Shown here: piece by piece, positions 9,702 to 18,375 of the stretch | Numbering within the stretch: the stretch's first letter is position 1 | Layout of the letters: every line of letters starts with the position of its first letter | NCBI GenBank assembly: GCA_045106415.1 | Contig: JBGCEP010000006.1 | Coordinates: 8,687 to 72,686, forward strand | DNA length: 64,000 nucleotides | Reading direction: 5' to 3' | Source: Oligoflexales bacterium | GTDB lineage: Bacteria; Bdellovibrionota_B; Oligoflexia; Oligoflexales; Bog-1112 | The notes under the pieces: model-generated | What the model was told of the DNA's origin: nothing | Database searches by the model: none | What the model saw: the letters and a program-made list of their open reading frames with translations, nothing else | Translations under genes and position numbers: made by a program

Positions 9702-11106
9702 TGATGAATTGAGTTTGTTTTGAAAGCTCACTTGAACAAGAAATCTCACCTTTGAAACCTTCTTCTATAATATCTTTGATAAGGCTGAGTCCTAGGCCTG
9801 TTCTCCCGCGCTTTGAACCGGTTGTAAACGTAGTTTTAAAAATTTTATCAATATTTTCAGCCGGAATACCGTTGCCGTTATCTATATAGTTCATATGAAG
9901 CATTTTTGATGTGATGGTTATTCTGACCTGGATATTGCCATTTTCACGATCTTTAAAGCCATGATATACGGAGTTCATAATTAAATTTGTTAATATTTGT
10001 GTGATTTCTAAGGGATAAGAGATAATTTCCTGAACTCCTATAATCTCGCTTTTGAGGCTAATGTGCTGTTCTTTCGGAAACTGCAAAGCAATTTCTTCAA
10101 ACATTTCGTCAATAAATTCACGGATGCGTATGTTCTCTTTTTTATAGTCAGTGGATTGTAGATGTCTGAATTTTTCTGCAAATTTAGACGATTTATGTAT
10201 GTTGTTCTTTATCATTTTAATCGGCTTTGCCGTGTTGTTTAAAAATGATTCAAGGTCTGATTTTTTCAAACCTTTTTTAGTTTGAAGTTGAAGAGTATTG
10301 ACTGCATTTTCTAAGTGACTTAAAGCTGAAGTGCAAATACCTAAAGGAGTATTAAATTCATGAGCAATTGCTGCGACACGAATAGAGCTGTCGTGTGATC
10401 TGAGTGTAATAATGTCCTCGTCTTGTGGGTGTAATGACTTGTGAGCGTTGTTTTTAAGCTTCTGCTTTAATCCACTAAAGCTATCATCTGTATCAAGGAA
10501 GCTTAAAATAATGGATTGCACAGGTTTTCTTAAAGAAAGGATTTGAGTTGTTGCCTCTAATGATAATGTATTCTCAATGTAATGCTGTTGTTGGTAGCAG
10601 CATATGTTGAGAAGAATCTTACCTATAGCTGATAAATGCTGCTGCTGTGAGTACTGTGTATCTTTTTGTTGTAAGTCGGTGTTTTTGATTTCAAAGAGGA
10701 GAGGTGATTGATAGTCTAAGGTGATGAAAAAATCATGAATCATTAAAGGTCGATGAGATAATTTTTGTTCATGGAGACTGATGAGAATGTCTAACAATTT
10801 GATAGCGAAAGAATGAACTTCCCCTTCATTAAGTGTGTTTCTATGACTTAACCATGTATTCAAAGTTGTCATGTTATTGAATTTTAAAACCAAGGATTCA
10901 TCTGTTTCAAATGTTTCTAATGGGTATGCAACTCCAACTAAAGAGGGGTGCTGTTTGAAGAAAGTTAATTGTTTATGTATTTCAGAATGAGGAGCGTTTT
11001 TAGAAACTTTGAGTATAAAGGTCTGATCTTTATGATCTGTGGCCCTGCATATAACATATGCCTGATCTTCGAAGAAACGTTTATGGATGTGCCAATTATG
11101 AAGCAT
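9679..11106 (-). CDS. Sensor histidine kinase with an N-terminal Ser/Thr pseudokinase domain
   Basis: H-box AIAHEFNTPLG; N-box QILTNLIMNS; DNGNGI; GTGLGL-like RTGLGLS; N-terminus resembles a kinase lobe (FILK, LHEQKLSHRPL). Confidence 0.8.
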   Translation of the reverse strand: MLHNWHIHKRFFEDQAYVICRATDHKDQTFILKVSKNAPHSEIHKQLTFFKQHPSLVGVAYPLETFETDESLVLKFNNMTTLNTWLSHRNTLNEGEVHSFAIKLLDILISLHEQKLSHRPLMIHDFFITLDYQSPLLFEIKNTDLQQKDTQYSQQQHLSAIGKILLNICCYQQQHYIENTLSLEATTQILSLRKPVQSIILSFLDTDDSFSGLKQKLKNNAHKSLHPQDEDIITLRSHDSSIRVAAIAHEFNTPLGICTSALSHLENAVNTLQLQTKKGLKKSDLESFLNNTAKPIKMIKNNIHKSSKFAEKFRHLQSTDYKKENIRIREFIDEMFEEIALQFPKEQHISLKSEIIGVQEIISYPLEITQILTNLIMNSVYHGFKDRENGNIQVRITITSKMLHMNYIDNGNGIPAENIDKIFKTTFTTGSKRGRTGLGLSLIKDIIEEGFKGEISCSSELSKQTQFIIKLPHPV

Positions 11107-11295
11107 GTGTCCTACGTATATAGAGAAAAAAAGACATCTATGATGTATTCGGATTGTTTTGTTGAAATATCAAAATAAAATATCTTGAAGTATGGAAAAA
11201 TGAGAAAACAAATGGAAAAACAGCATGTTAAATATTGTTTTTCTTTAGTTTTAAGCTTGCTTGTCTAAAAAGAAGTGTGTGAAAGAGTCTTTTTT

Positions 11296-12309
11296 TTATT
11301 CGTTTTCCATATTTAAAGTTTGAAGTTTGCTTTCCCACTCGCAAGCAGAGCGAATCATAAGATTTAAGTTATTGTGTTGAGGTCTCCAGTCGAGAGTTTG
11401 TTGAATTTTTTTAGGAGACGCAATGAGCTGAGGAACATCTCCTACACGCTGCGCTCCTAGCTTTATTTTATTAGCGAATTCTGGGTAGATTTTTTGAATA
11501 GCATTTGTTACTTCACGAACAGAGAGCCCGTGACCATAACCACAATTCATAGTAAGTGATGTATGTGTTGTTTTTTGAAGATGCTCTAACGCACTGATGT
11601 GAGCTGAAGCAAGATCTTCAACGTGGATATAATCACGAATACATGTCCCGTCCAAGGTAGGGTAATCTGTACCGTAAATAGTGAGATAGGGACGTTTCCC
11701 AGCGACGACTTCTGCTGCAACTTTAATAAGATGAGTGCTTTTTGCTCCTCTTTGCCCAATTTTTCCGTCTAAGCTTGCTCCTGCAACGTTAAAATAACGA
11801 AGAGCAATAGAGTTCATGTCTTTTGCTTTTGCTATGTCTTGTAAAATCCATTCTCCCATAAGTTTTGACCTTCCATAGGGATGAATAGGGCACGTTTTGT
11901 GCTGTTCATCTAGAATCTCAGAACTGGGGCCATACACTGCTGCACTTGATGAAAAAATAACATTTTTCACAGAGTTTTTTGAGCATGTCGTGAAAAATTT
12001 TTGTGTCTTACTTACATTGTTTTCGTAATAGGATGCCGGTTCTTTTATGGAGTCAGGAACAACGATAGACCCAGCGAGGTGTATGACATCTGTAATAGAC
12101 CATTTTTGAAGTGTCTCTTGGACGAGCTGAGAATCTCCAATATCACCGATGATCAGAGGTTCATTGTGAACTCTTTGGTCAGGGTGGCCAGAGCTTAAAT
12201 TATCAAAAACTATAGGTGAAAAACCTCTTTCGGAGAGTTGTTTGACGATATGACTGCCAATATATCCACATCCGCCTATGATAAGGATAGGCTTGTTTTT
12301 TAAAGTCAT
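11296..12309 (-). CDS. galE: UDP-glucose 4-epimerase
   Basis: GGCGYIGSH, YGRSK, LRYFNVAGA, DGTCIRDYIHVEDLA. Confidence 0.95.
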   Translation of the reverse strand: MTLKNKPILIIGGCGYIGSHIVKQLSERGFSPIVFDNLSSGHPDQRVHNEPLIIGDIGDSQLVQETLQKWSITDVIHLAGSIVVPDSIKEPASYYENNVSKTQKFFTTCSKNSVKNVIFSSSAAVYGPSSEILDEQHKTCPIHPYGRSKLMGEWILQDIAKAKDMNSIALRYFNVAGASLDGKIGQRGAKSTHLIKVAAEVVAGKRPYLTIYGTDYPTLDGTCIRDYIHVEDLASAHISALEHLQKTTHTSLTMNCGYGHGLSVREVTNAIQKIYPEFANKIKLGAQRVGDVPQLIASPKKIQQTLDWRPQHNNLNLMIRSACEWESKLQTLNMENE

Positions 12310-12378
12310 GTTTTTCCTTTCTCACATGATGTCTTTTTTATTTTCAAATGAACTTTAGGTCTTATGCTTTCATATCAT

Positions 12379-13854
12379 TCATGATGACTTGTTGCGAGAA
12401 AAGGTTTTTATAAATCTTGTTGGGAAAATGAGCTGACAAAGAAAAAAAACTAGCCAAGACAAAGAAACCCCTCCACAGAGGGGAGCGTTTGGGGTATGAG
12501 AGTGAGGGTAAGGTGGAGGGGATTCTAGAGCTGCTTTTGCTTGAATTAACCCTTTTCCTAAGAGCCCTCTTTGTTTTTTATTTTTTATGAGTGTGAATTT
12601 TTCATTTTCTTTTATTTGATAAAGAGATTGCTTTGAACTTGTCGTAATGATGTGTTTCAGCTCCTCTGCTTTTAAATGAGGCTGAACAGCGTAAATTAAA
12701 CCTGCAACTCCTGCTACAATCGGGACTGCTTGAGATGTGCCTGTCATAGTTGTTGTACCATAACCAGGGATGGCGGATAGAATTCCTGAATGATGGTCTC
12801 CACCAGGGGCTGCAATATCAACTGCTGTCCCATAGTTCGCGTATGAAGCGCGGTGAAGCTTGGAGTTGACAGCTGTGACGGTTAAGGCATTTGGATATCG
12901 AGAAGGGTATGACGTTCCTAGGCGATTGTCGTTTCCAGCAGCAGCAACAACAAGAGGCCCAGAACGTTGCTGCAAGTATTGCATCATTAGTCCAAGGGCT
13001 TTTGAATGTTTTGAACGACCAAAAGAAGCGGTGACGACAGCAATAGGTTCTCCTTTTTCTTTTAAAGTGAGGATGTAGCGTAGAGCGCGAATAACTGAAG
13101 CGTCAGATATTGTTCCATGATGAACAACCTTAAGAACAAGAATGCGGCAATGAGAGCAAGAACCCGGTCTATTGTTTCGCGCATCACCTGTAATGATGCC
13201 AGCGATATGAGTTCCGTGCTGACATGAGCTATAAGGGCTCCCTAAAGGGCATTTTTGAGCATAGCCGTGAGTTCCCTCTGGCCAGACGTTTGGGGATCCT
13301 AAATACTCACGTGTGGGGCGAGAGGTATCACACCCATAGAGGTCATGACCGCAAAACTGTTCTCCAGGGTAAGGGTTAACCCAAATGTGATCACGAATCA
13401 TAGGGTGCTCTATATCGACTCCACTATCGATGACGGCAATAATGGGACTTATTTTAGGATGAAAACCCCTTAAGGCCTCTGGAAGGTGGATGATGTCCCA
13501 CCATGGCATGTGGGGCGTGGAGGTGTGGGAGGTTTGAACTTGAAAAGGAGTGTCCCGTTCATATGAGGAAATTTTTTTATTTGCCAGCCATTCCTTGAGT
13601 TGCTTGAGGTTGTGTGGGCTGTTAGGAACTTGAACGATGGCTTGATCGTTATTGTTTTGTTTTAACACTGAAAGTAACGTCATTTTTTGATGATCAAGCT
13701 CAGAAGATAATGACACAAACCATTTGGTTTTTTCACTGTGTAGGGATCGAGAGCCGTATTTGTGAATACTTGTATGGTTTATAATAGCCAGCCAATTTGA
13801 GTACGCTGGAGCTACCCATAATAAGAAAAAAATTTTTATCGTGGCATTAAGCAT
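12379..13854 (-). CDS. Secreted subtilisin-like S8 serine protease
   Basis: AVIDSG, HGTHIAG, AAAGN, GTSQAVP; signal peptide; hydrophobic C-terminal tail. Confidence 0.92.
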   Translation of the reverse strand: MLNATIKIFFLLWVAPAYSNWLAIINHTSIHKYGSRSLHSEKTKWFVSLSSELDHQKMTLLSVLKQNNNDQAIVQVPNSPHNLKQLKEWLANKKISSYERDTPFQVQTSHTSTPHMPWWDIIHLPEALRGFHPKISPIIAVIDSGVDIEHPMIRDHIWVNPYPGEQFCGHDLYGCDTSRPTREYLGSPNVWPEGTHGYAQKCPLGSPYSSCQHGTHIAGIITGDARNNRPGSCSHCRILVLKVVHHGTISDASVIRALRYILTLKEKGEPIAVVTASFGRSKHSKALGLMMQYLQQRSGPLVVAAAGNDNRLGTSYPSRYPNALTVTAVNSKLHRASYANYGTAVDIAAPGGDHHSGILSAIPGYGTTTMTGTSQAVPIVAGVAGLIYAVQPHLKAEELKHIITTSSKQSLYQIKENEKFTLIKNKKQRGLLGKGLIQAKAALESPPPYPHSHTPNAPLCGGVSLSWLVFFLCQLIFPTRFIKTFSRNKSS

Positions 13855-13870
13855 TCTTTTTTCTTTTTTA

Positions 13871-13898
13871 TCATCGTTTTATGACTAACAAAATTTTA
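13871..13898 (-). promoter_or_regulatory. sigma28 (FliA)-like promoter
   Basis: TAAAATTT-N12-AACGATGA upstream of the S8 protease. Confidence 0.4.
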
Positions 13899-14023
13899 TG
13901 ATCTTGCGCAAGGCTGCGGAAGGATAGACGGCGGTTATTATGTGATGCGACAATGTCATCATAGCGAACAAAAGTCATCTGTGGTATCTAGTAACCTGGA
14001 TGATCAAACACTTGGAATGATAA

Positions 14024-15244
14024 ATGATGTCTTCTGATAAGTCTTCGAGATTAAAAGGTTTTTACAAGAAACCCTGGGGTGAGAGAATGAAGGTTCTATC
14101 GCAGACGCTTGGTCTGAACCTTGAAGACAGACTTCCCCTACAACGAAGACATTTAACTCCAGAGTTGGCCGATGCATTTATTGAAAATGCCATTGGTGGA
14201 TTTGAACTTCCTTTAGGTGTAGCGACAAACTTTACCATTAATGGTCGAGATGTTCTTGTGCCTATGGCTGTTGAAGAAAGCAGTGTTGTTGCAGCGGCAA
14301 GTCATGGAGCTTTAATGGCACGTGCAGGGGGCGGTTTTCATGTGTCTTGTGATGATTCCATTATGATCGGTCAGGTGCAGCTTGAGCTGGTTAAAAATTC
14401 TAATTATGAAGCTACTCTTATTCGAAAAAAACAAGCTGTTTTGGATATTGCAAACAGCTGTCATGAACGTTTGGTAGAAAGAGGTGGTGGTGCTTTAGAT
14501 CTTAGTTGGAAATGGATTCCTGAGCTTGAAAGTCTTGTTGTTCATCTTCATATCAATACCTGTGATGCTATGGGTGCAAATATTGTCAACACAATGTGTG
14601 AGAAAGTTTCCCATTATTTAGGAGACATTCTTCAAGCTTCGGTGGGTTTATGTATTTTAAGCAATCTAGCTGATCAGAGGCTTGCTATGGCAAAGTGTGT
14701 GATCCCTAAAGATTCCTTTCAAAAAATGGATGCTCATGAACGTAGTATTCCTGAGGCCGTTGTAGCGGCATCGCAATTCGCTGAATATGATATTTATAGA
14801 GCAACAACTCATAATAAAGGGGTCATGAACGGCATCGACCCTGTCGTTATTGCCACCGGTAATGACTGGCGTGCAGTAGAAGCCGGGGCACATGCATATG
14901 CAGTTAAAGATGGGAGGTATAGACCTCTTGCAACATGGAGCTTAAATGAAAATGGAGATCTCTGTGGTGAATTGGAACTACCTCTAGCTTTAGGGACTGT
15001 AGGTGGTGTCACCCGCCTTCATCCGACAGCGCAAACAGCGTTAGAGATTCTTGGATTACCAGATTCAAAAACACTGGCCGGTATTATCTGTGCTGTTGGT
15101 TTAGCTCAAAATTTATCAGCGCTACGAGCTTTGGCTACAGAAGGGATTCAGCAGGGCCATATGAACTTACATGGAAAAAACCTTATTCTTCAGCAAAAAA
15201 AGCATACGGAGCAGGTTTATGTTAGAAAAACAAATAGCAACTAA
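14024..15244 (+). CDS. mvaA: Hydroxymethylglutaryl-CoA reductase, class II
   Basis: IENAIG, PMAVEESSVVAAAS, DAMGAN, RATTHNKG, ATGNDWRAVEAGAH, EGIQQGHM. Confidence 0.95.
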   Translation: MMSSDKSSRLKGFYKKPWGERMKVLSQTLGLNLEDRLPLQRRHLTPELADAFIENAIGGFELPLGVATNFTINGRDVLVPMAVEESSVVAAASHGALMARAGGGFHVSCDDSIMIGQVQLELVKNSNYEATLIRKKQAVLDIANSCHERLVERGGGALDLSWKWIPELESLVVHLHINTCDAMGANIVNTMCEKVSHYLGDILQASVGLCILSNLADQRLAMAKCVIPKDSFQKMDAHERSIPEAVVAASQFAEYDIYRATTHNKGVMNGIDPVVIATGNDWRAVEAGAHAYAVKDGRYRPLATWSLNENGDLCGELELPLALGTVGGVTRLHPTAQTALEILGLPDSKTLAGIICAVGLAQNLSALRALATEGIQQGHMNLHGKNLILQQKKHTEQVYVRKTNSN

Positions 15245-16172
15245 GGTTCAGCAACCTGTGCGTTTTCCTTCTCAAGTTGAAGCATGTGGGAAAGTGATTT
15301 TAGTAGGTGAGCATGCAGTGGTGTATGGGGCACGTGCCGTTGCAATACCTTTAAAAGAATTAACAGTCCAAATGAATGTTTGCCTAGAGGGACAAGGCAT
15401 CGATATGACCATCTCAGGGCGGCGAGTTTCTAATGAGGTTGCAGGCGTTGTGGAAGATGCTTTCACAGTACTTGGTGAAAAATTGCAACCGTGTAAGATT
15501 CGTGGAAGCTCGTCTCTTCCCACAGGAGCAGGACTAGGGTCTTCAGCTTCTTTGTGTGTTGCTGTTCTTAGAGGAATTGCTATGGCTTTAGGCAAAGAGC
15601 TTAGCAATAGTGATGTCGCTGTGATGGCAAATAAAATGGAAGAGCGTTTTCACGGGACCCCTTCAGGGCTTGATACTGCTGCTGTTGCCCATGAAAGTGC
15701 TTTGTGTTTTCAAAAAAAAGGTGCGATGACCCCCGCTTCGTGGAACGGTAAAACACCTTTACGGTTTGTTTTGATTGACAGTGGGGTTCGAGCGGCAACC
15801 TTTGCGATGGTTAAACTTAGTGAGCCTTACTTTAAAGATGCAGTCTATGGTACGCAGCGAGTGAAAGCTTTTGATCGCTGTGCTGAAAGGGTTGTTGAGG
15901 GTTTAAAGCATGGTGATAGAACGAAGATTATCGAAGCCATGGAAGAAACTTCTTGTCGATTAAATGATTCTGGTGTTGTCACAGCGCATTTGATGGATAT
16001 GATGAAAAGAGCAAGCGATTGTGGTGTTGATGCTATCAAGCCAACTGGTGCTGGTGGTGGTGGTTATTTGTTGGGGCTTCTGCCTGAAAAAACATGGCAA
16101 GAAGTACAAACATATTTAGAAAACTGTTTCGGGGCAGGTTGTGTTCTTCAAACATGGCTTTCCCCACACTAA
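15219..16172 (+). CDS. mvk: Mevalonate kinase
   Basis: GKVILVGEHAVVYG, LPTGAGLGSSAS, HGTPSGLD, KPTGAGGGG; start moved to ATG 15219 after a GGAG RBS. Confidence 0.92.
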   Translation: MLEKQIATKVQQPVRFPSQVEACGKVILVGEHAVVYGARAVAIPLKELTVQMNVCLEGQGIDMTISGRRVSNEVAGVVEDAFTVLGEKLQPCKIRGSSSLPTGAGLGSSASLCVAVLRGIAMALGKELSNSDVAVMANKMEERFHGTPSGLDTAAVAHESALCFQKKGAMTPASWNGKTPLRFVLIDSGVRAATFAMVKLSEPYFKDAVYGTQRVKAFDRCAERVVEGLKHGDRTKIIEAMEETSCRLNDSGVVTAHLMDMMKRASDCGVDAIKPTGAGGGGYLLGLLPEKTWQEVQTYLENCFGAGCVLQTWLSPH

Positions 16173-16185
16173 TGGGGAGAGTTCC

Positions 16186-17940
16186 GTGACTTTTGATAAT
16201 ATCCAGCGAAAAGTATTAAGTGGTGAGCGACTCTGTGTTGAGGAAGCTCTTTTTTTATATGATGATTTTGATTTTAATCGTATTTCTGCTTTAGCTGATG
16301 AAGTGAATCGTCGTAAAAATAAAGATGTAGTCTTTTATAATATCAATCGGCATATCAACCCCACAAATATTTGTGCTTTAACGTGTAGGTTTTGCGCATA
16401 CTCGCGTCGCCCTGGTGAAGAGGGTGGATATGAATATTCTGTTGAAGAAATTGTAGATAGAGCTAAAGCAGCCTTAAAACAAGGAGCGACTGAAGTTCAT
16501 ATGGTGGGTGGGCTTCACCCAAGGTGGAAGCTTGAGCGTTATGTTGAGTTTTTACGTGCGGTGAAATCTGAGTGTCCAACACTACATATCAAGGCTTTTA
16601 CAGCTGTTGAATTAGATTGGTTATCAAAGCGTTCAAGAAAACCTCTACCAGAACTGTTAGAGATTTTACGTGAAGCCGGTTTAGACTCGCTTCCAGGTGG
16701 TGGTGCAGAGATTTTTCATCCAGATGTTCGTGAAGAAATTTGCGCAAAGTTGACAGCGGAACAGTGGCTGGATATTCATCGCCATGCTCATCAGTCAGGT
16801 TTGCATTCAAACTGTACAATGCTATATGGGCATGTGGAAAGTCGTTTTCATCGTGTGGATCATATGAAGCGTTTAAGGGATCTGCAAGATGAAACTCATG
16901 GCTTTAATGCATTTATACCGTTGTCTTTTCAGCCTCATAATAATGAAATGGGAATTCAAAGGTACACTCCGGGTCTTGAAGATTTGAAAACCATTGCCAT
17001 CGCTCGTTTGTTTTTAGATAATTTCCAACACATCAAAGCTTATTGGATTATGCTTGGCCCTGAAATTGCTCAATTAGCACTTGGATTTGGAGCGAATGAT
17101 CTAGATGGTACTGTGACTGAAGAGAAAATTTCTAGAATGGCAGGTGGTCGTGGTGGTATGGAAATGACACGGCTGGATTTAGAGGAAGAGGTTCTTGTGA
17201 CAGGGCGTCACCCTGTCGAGCGAGACACACTCTATCATCCCCTGACAGATGTGAAAACGACTGATAAATCTTCTGCGGTTTCTTGGCTTTCTAGTGAAAA
17301 TTCAAAAGTTCTTACATATGTAAGAACTTTTGTTTCGAAGGGTTCTCGCAAAAAACCTGAGCATGAAGAGTATGATGTTGTTTATATAGACAACCCACCC
17401 GTTTTTGACGCTGAGTATTGGAGGAGCTTTTCTCAAGAGAAAGAGTTTGTTTTGAGAACTCAATGCGCAGAAGATATTTCGAAGTTTTCTGAAATCGGCC
17501 TTACTACTGTAGTGACAGCTTTGGAAAAGAATAATTCTTGCGCAGATATAGCTGTCTACCATGATGTGCCTGTCGTTTTTGTAGTAACAGTGGACAGTCT
17601 TGGTTGTGTTGATGCACTTGTCCATCAGCTTATAGAAACACAAATCCCTTTTATTGGGATTGAATTAATAGCGGGAGACAAAATCTCTCCCTGGGCTTAT
17701 ATGGAGGCTTTATCAAAGATAGCTGCTCAAGTATCTGTTCCAGTGACGGTGAATAAAAAAGCAATGCCTGTGAGCCGTTCTTTGGCAGATAAAATTTTAC
17801 CTGTGGCTATGTTTGCGGGAGCAGATGATTTTGGGTGGGTTGATGTCGATGAAAATTACACAGATGTTTTTCACGATCTTGAAAAAGAAGGGCGAGTTTT
17901 ACAGCGCCGAACGGCTCGTTATTCTGAAATTGAAGAATAG
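16186..17940 (+). CDS. mqnE: Aminofutalosine synthase MqnE (CofH-family radical SAM) with a ~230 aa C-terminal extension
   Basis: NRHINPTNICALTCRFCAY (CxxxCxxC), EVHMVGGLHP, PGGGAEIF, HIKAYW, FGANDLDGT, ERDTLY. Confidence 0.85.
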   Translation: MTFDNIQRKVLSGERLCVEEALFLYDDFDFNRISALADEVNRRKNKDVVFYNINRHINPTNICALTCRFCAYSRRPGEEGGYEYSVEEIVDRAKAALKQGATEVHMVGGLHPRWKLERYVEFLRAVKSECPTLHIKAFTAVELDWLSKRSRKPLPELLEILREAGLDSLPGGGAEIFHPDVREEICAKLTAEQWLDIHRHAHQSGLHSNCTMLYGHVESRFHRVDHMKRLRDLQDETHGFNAFIPLSFQPHNNEMGIQRYTPGLEDLKTIAIARLFLDNFQHIKAYWIMLGPEIAQLALGFGANDLDGTVTEEKISRMAGGRGGMEMTRLDLEEEVLVTGRHPVERDTLYHPLTDVKTTDKSSAVSWLSSENSKVLTYVRTFVSKGSRKKPEHEEYDVVYIDNPPVFDAEYWRSFSQEKEFVLRTQCAEDISKFSEIGLTTVVTALEKNNSCADIAVYHDVPVVFVVTVDSLGCVDALVHQLIETQIPFIGIELIAGDKISPWAYMEALSKIAAQVSVPVTVNKKAMPVSRSLADKILPVAMFAGADDFGWVDVDENYTDVFHDLEKEGRVLQRRTARYSEIEE

Positions 17941-17999
17941 GTGTTGCATTCATGAATAAGGGATGGTAGAAAATAACCGTTCGGACGTAGTCTGAATGT

Positions 18000-18302
18000 G
18001 CTTGCGTGGTGGAATTGGTAGACACAGGAGACTTAGTTCCATATTGAGTGCGCTTGGGGAAACCCAGGATGTAGAACCTGTCAAATTCGGGGAAACCTTA
18101 CAGTTCGCTGTTGGCAATCCCGAGCCAAGCTTTTCTTCGAAAGAAAAGAAGGTGTAGAGACTTGACGGCAGGGACCTAAAGCTTTTAGCTATGGTCAAGA
18201 GAAAGTCCAGACCACAAACAGCAATGCTGGCAGTGAAAACTGTAGATGGTAAGAAAATCTCCCGACCTTCGGGTCGTGCCAGTTCAAGTCTGGCCGCGAG
18301 CA
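18000..18302 (+). tRNA. trnL: tRNA-Leu(UAA), two exons (18000-18034 and 18254-18302) split by a group I intron; 3' CCA not encoded
   Basis: Acceptor stem GCTTGCG/CGCGAGC plus discriminator A; D-loop GGAATTGGTAGAC; spliced anticodon arm GGAGA-CTTAAAA-TCTCC; long variable arm CGACC-TTCG-GGTCG; T-loop GTTCAAGTC. Confidence 0.95.
18035..18253 (+). ncRNA. Group I self-splicing intron (IC3-like), 219 nt, no internal ORF
   Basis: Inserted after the first anticodon base (U^AA) and ends in G. IGS GAGT (18046-18049) pairs with exon ACTT via a U.G pair. P AAATTCGGGGAA, Q AATCCCGAGC, R GTAGAGACTTGA, S AAGAGAAAGTCC. Confidence 0.93.
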
Positions 18303-18323
18303 CTCCCTCTCTTAAATCATAAC

Positions 18324-18351
18324 TCATGTTTTTTTATATAAAATCCGATAA
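18324..18351 (+). promoter_or_regulatory. sigma28 (FliA)-like promoter
   Basis: TCATGTTT-N12-TCCGATAA upstream of the M28 peptidase. Confidence 0.55.
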
Positions 18352-18375
18352 GCATCCGAGATTACCTTTCTCGGA

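Noticed and set aside
17950..18327. 125 aa minus-strand ORF
   Set aside because: Antisense shadow of the intron-containing tRNA-Leu; no protein motifs, and not a homing endonuclease
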